Assembly (NCBI RefSeq): GCF_004010195.1
Contig: NC_057753.1
Location: 13,685,367-13,738,327, forward strand
Reading direction: 5' to 3'
Source of the DNA: Chiloscyllium plagiosum
Taxonomy: Eukaryota
Length of the DNA: 52,961 nt
Part shown: positions 49,058 to 52,961 of the stretch, piece by piece
Numbering within the stretch: position 1 is the first letter of the stretch
How the letters are laid out: every line of letters starts with the position of its first letter
Notes under the pieces: generated by a model
Seen by the model: only the letters and a program-made list of their open reading frames with translations
The model's database searches: none
Told to the model about the DNA's origin: nothing
Position numbers and translations under genes: made by a program

Positions 49058-50617
49058 TTGCAACACATCTACATTTCTTGGCTTTTTAAATTCGTCGTCT
49101 TTTCAAATCCACCATCTGAGTGGAAACAATTGATCCTTCGTCCCCTGTGTGTAAACCCACTATTCGCACTGTAAGGTCCTAGCATTTGCTTTTTACTCAT
49201 TCCAAACTAATGCAGTTCTCTTGACCGATACGCTCCAGAGTACTAAAATGCTCAGTTAATTGTAACATGAGCATAGCAATCCTCCATTTTCTGGTACATT
49301 CTGTATTACAATATGTGTTCCACGTTTGGTTCATTGGTTAAAGTCATCCTTAGAATTTCTAAATTTCTGCAGGCCTTAACCGTGAAGATTCCATCTCGCA
49401 AGAAATGGTTACAGTGATACAGCTTGAACGAGATTCGGTGATCAGTCATTTCAGACATTCGATTATTTCCCTTCCAATTGTATCGTCAGGAGCCAGGTCA
49501 ATTTTTGACATCCCTAAATAGGAACAGATCGTCAGAACAAATGGTTTCAGCGCTCGATTTTCTGCATCTCCAGTCTCGACAAAAGCTGAGGGGATTACAA
49601 TATTAGTGAGCCGCGGCTGTCTGAGAGCAGGGTGTATTTTGGGAACGAGAGGGAGACTCGTACCAAAACTTGTACTAGCATTTGCTTCCGTATTCATGGC
49701 ACGATTCAAATAAAGCAAAATGATTAATAAAACAACAACGATTGTTGAGCACTGGAAAAGGTTTCTTCTGTTCACTTAATGTTGAATAAAGTTTGAGCAA
49801 AATGCAAAGATGTGACCAGAGAATTTATGTTACCTTGTAAATTAGTCATTGTAATAGAATCACTGTCGAATATGTTTTTTAAAAAATGTCTTCTCGCTGG
49901 TAAAGGAGGTGCACCGATCATGGGATGCGGAGTAAAATGTGAACAGAAACTGGACTTACATGAGTTTCATGAGTCTAATCATCCAAAAGCAATTTTGTAA
50001 ATTATTCCAACATGTTCTCAATTTGGGTCTTTTCCTTGATCTGATTCCTGATAATCCAGTAATCATTCTCGGAATTTGGAGCTCATTATTCCTATGTAAG
50101 AGGTCAATAATGCATTGACCCTTGTTCATTAGCTTCTACTTCTGTCTTGGTAAGTATCTCGTTATGCCTGCTAATATTTTAGGTGCTTAGTATTAATACG
50201 TATAAGTCTGTTTTACTTTGAGAGTTCTGCCATCAGTTTATTACAATTGTTGGAACGTGACTGAGCAGACTTCAGTGTTCATTATACTCTATGTTGCAAT
50301 TCAGCATTACTGGTTGCTTTGCAGTGAGATCGTTCTGAAATCGCTACATTGAAGTTTACCTTGTTCCAGCCCACTTGAAATGTTTGCTTTCTTCATGTAG
50401 AGTATTTCCAGAAATTCCCAAATAAACACCAAGCAATTCCTTGTCCAAAGAGACAGTGCCAGAGTCAGAATTAGCAATTCACGTGAACGAATTGAAATTT
50501 TGTTCATGTGGATGAGACTGAAAATTCTCGCATACGAATGCACTGAAATGTCAGCAACTGACCCGTTGTTATAAATAGCCCTAGACAGGCAACAGCTGTG
50601 GCTGAGAAACCTGTGGC

Positions 50618-50944
50618 AGTGTCTGTACGGGGCTTTCACTAATTCTCATCACTGTGAGTTTCATTGCACAGTAACAGCCTGCGATGTCAGATAGCAACAG
50701 CTTCGAGACTTTCAATCGGCACAACTTGTCTAATTTGTTGGCTGCACCAGTAAACCAGCTCTGAAGGAAATCCACCTTCAGCTCAGCATCTCCGGACTGT
50801 GAACTCGGGCTGTCTGCCTGTGTTCTGACGGTATCAGAAGAAAAAAATATGCATCGTCAGTGTGGATGCAGTTAAAGCATCGTCTTTTCATTCTGTCTGT
50901 GTGAGTGAGAGCTCTGCTGAGTGACAGATCTGAATCGCTCATAC
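50618..50944 (-). pseudogene. TCR V pseudogene (family of the V at 16230-15927) with a canonical-heptamer 23-RSS
   Basis: Acceptor ttcag| at 50945. Frameshifted pieces ELSLTQTE* / FF*YRQNTGRQPEFTVRR / KVSKLLLSDIAGCYCAMKL. RSS CACAGTG-23-ACAGACACT (50656-50618). The 3' flank is homologous to 15690-15890. Confidence 0.92.
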
Positions 50945-51059
50945 CTGAATGAAAGTGACAGTATTTGATTAAGCGGTCATTTGAATGAACTGACTGTCAA
51001 AATAAAGTCACATTCAGAGTGACATAAAATTAAACATGGATTTAAATACAAAATAAAAG

Positions 51060-51195
51060 AAAAACAAAGATGACTAAATGCTGGAAAATCCAATTCTGAG
51101 GAAGTGTCAATAGGACCGAAACTGTTTTAATTCTGCTTTCACTCCAGCGGTGCTACTAGGACTACGGAGCATTCCCAACAATTTCTGTTTGGATC
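51060..51195 (+). mobile_element. Penelope-derived terminal fragment
   Basis: 'aattctgaggaagtgtcaataggaccgaaac...aattctgctttcactcca...cccaacaatttctgttt'. Confidence 0.5.
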
Positions 51196-52770
51196 ATAAA
51201 ACCTACTTCAGAAAACAACTTGTCGTTGTCGCTATTAGCAATCTGTACGTGCATCCACCTACCCCCTCACTCGAATTTGAAGTGCACGTATATGCTTCCT
51301 TCTCATCTTCACCAATTTAGCCGATTTCACCTTGAAGATTCTGTGGATTTGACCCAAACACAACTTGTGTCATTTGAGTTCCATATTCAAAAGTGAAAAC
51401 AGGATTCCTTTTACATTTTCTGTTAGATCATTCTGCTGACTCTAGTATTTAAGACTCGTAGTTTAGGAATCGTTCCAAATCCGAAACATTCTCTCCATGT
51501 CTTTTAAACAATCAAACTTTAATTGCATACATATCTCTATCAGTCTTCTCTATTATAGAGGAAACAAATAGATCAGTTAGAATAAAGTGTTATAAAATCT
51601 ATCATCCTTAAAAACTGGGATAATCAGTCTGATTATTTTAATGTATTTTGTGCCCTATTCTTTTTCTTGCAAGATATCGAGCAAATCGACTCATAACAGC
51701 TCAGCATTAGTGCAAGCAAAGTCCAATGCATATTAAAAGAATACTCGTTCGATGTACACTTAGAAACACAGATATTGAACGCTTCCTGAGGGTTTAAAAC
51801 TTCTCACCAATCACGACCATTAATGAAATCACCACGAAAACCGGGATCTGCGTCGCCGCTGCTCTGTTGAATGGGAGTTTCTTTCTGTTTCCGAAATCGG
51901 CAGAAAATCAAATAAGAGAAAGGATAGAAAAAATGCCGAGAGCACTAGTGATCATTTTCGATGAAGATTGTCTCTCCTTCATCGAGATTTTGCAGCATGG
52001 AAAAAGGCTCTTTGATTCTTCGCGTCAGTGCTGTTCATCAAACATCAATCTATTTGAATCCCAATTTCGAGTTAACGTCCCATAACTTCGTGGATGACAG
52101 TTTCTCAGGCTGATCCCACTGCGCATGCTTCAGAAAGTGGGAAGGCAGGGAACGTCCTGAACATGCGCACTGATCAGCAATTCTGGAAAACAGAGATGGT
52201 TTCCCCCCTCTGGCAAATCTGGGTTAAAAGACTGTCATTGCAGATTTTGAATGTATTTATTATTATTTATTTACCTGCTACAAAGAAAGCTAACATGCAA
52301 AAGAGACAAAATATGGAATAAAACGTGCCAGAAATATAATATTGCGAAGTCTGACATTGAGCCACATTTTGAAAGGTAATTTGCTGAACTCCTTCTGGAA
52401 CGTTGGGCTGCTGTCTCATTAAAAAGAGAGACAACTGTTAGTATTTATTCTGACGAGCACTCCACCTAGATGAGGGGAAAGATTGAGAAGGAGGGTCTTT
52501 ATTAGTAACCTATGCCATTGTAGAAATTAAACTAGTACAGTTGGCATTATCAGTAAAAGTGGCTAAATGTTCGAAGAAAGATGCTGGGTTTTCAGAACTG
52601 TCTTCCAGGTGGAAAATGCAGTCTTCATGTTCCAGCAAAAAGCAATGCTTCCTGTCATTATTTGAAAGAGCTTTCAGTGCTCCACTGAAATCTGAAAGAC
52701 CTCGATAAACTATTTCGATGACCGGTTGAAACATCAGCGCGCACAAGGCTATGGGTCAAGTGATGGAAGT

Positions 52771-52961
52771 AGAACATAGAACATAGAACATAGAAAAATA
52801 CAGCGCAGTACAGGCCCTTTGGCCCTCGATGTTGCGCCGATCCAAGCCCACCTAACCTACACTAGCCCACTATCCTCCATATGCCTATCCAATGCCCGTT
52901 TAAATGCCCATAAAGAGGGAGAGTCCACCACTGCTACTGGCAGGGCATTCCATGAACTCAC
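52771..52961 (-). mobile_element. Young CR1 LINE 3' end (antisense) with (AGAACAT)n tail; runs off the window
   Basis: 'agaacatagaacatagaacatagaaaaatacagcgcagtacaggcccttt...tccaccactgctactggcagggcattccatgaactcac'. Confidence 0.85.

Larger units (their letters stand above)
41641..49530 (+). repeat. Segmental tandem duplication, unit 2 (~7.9 kb)
   Basis: Collinear paralog of 32741-41632; many paired ORFs in the track. Confidence 0.93.

Noticed and set aside
1-52961. CRISPR arrays, operons or other prokaryotic systems; TCR/Ig constant exons
   Set aside because: The sequence is vertebrate; no regularly spaced repeat-spacer array and no C1-set exon were seen

Overview
Eukaryotic genomic DNA, almost certainly from a cartilaginous fish (shark): it carries HE1-type SINEs, CR1 LINEs, Penelope-like elements and shark-type V genes. 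The window is part of the V-segment array of the T-cell receptor alpha/delta locus. No C exons and no conventional J cluster are present. I find four intact V genes, each with a 46-nt leader exon, GT-AG intron, V exon and 23-RSS: 17016-15927(-), 24602-24162(-), 36805-37260(+) and 44696-45162(+). There are at least five V pseudogenes or relics in both orientations. A short, CDR2-less IgNAR-like V pseudogene at 3331-2849(-) best fits a NAR-TCR V and is followed by possible decayed D and J remnants. The 328-nt N run (8029-8356) sits exactly between a splice acceptor and an RSS-like element, so it probably hides another V exon. The two + strand V genes come from an ~8-9 kb tandem duplication (32741-41632 / 41641-49530), and an older third paralogous unit lies at ~26330-28920. 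A nested, inverted Penelope cluster (17480-22760) and scattered Penelope termini carry minimal hammerhead-ribozyme motifs. All family assignments come from reading and translating by eye; no searches were run.
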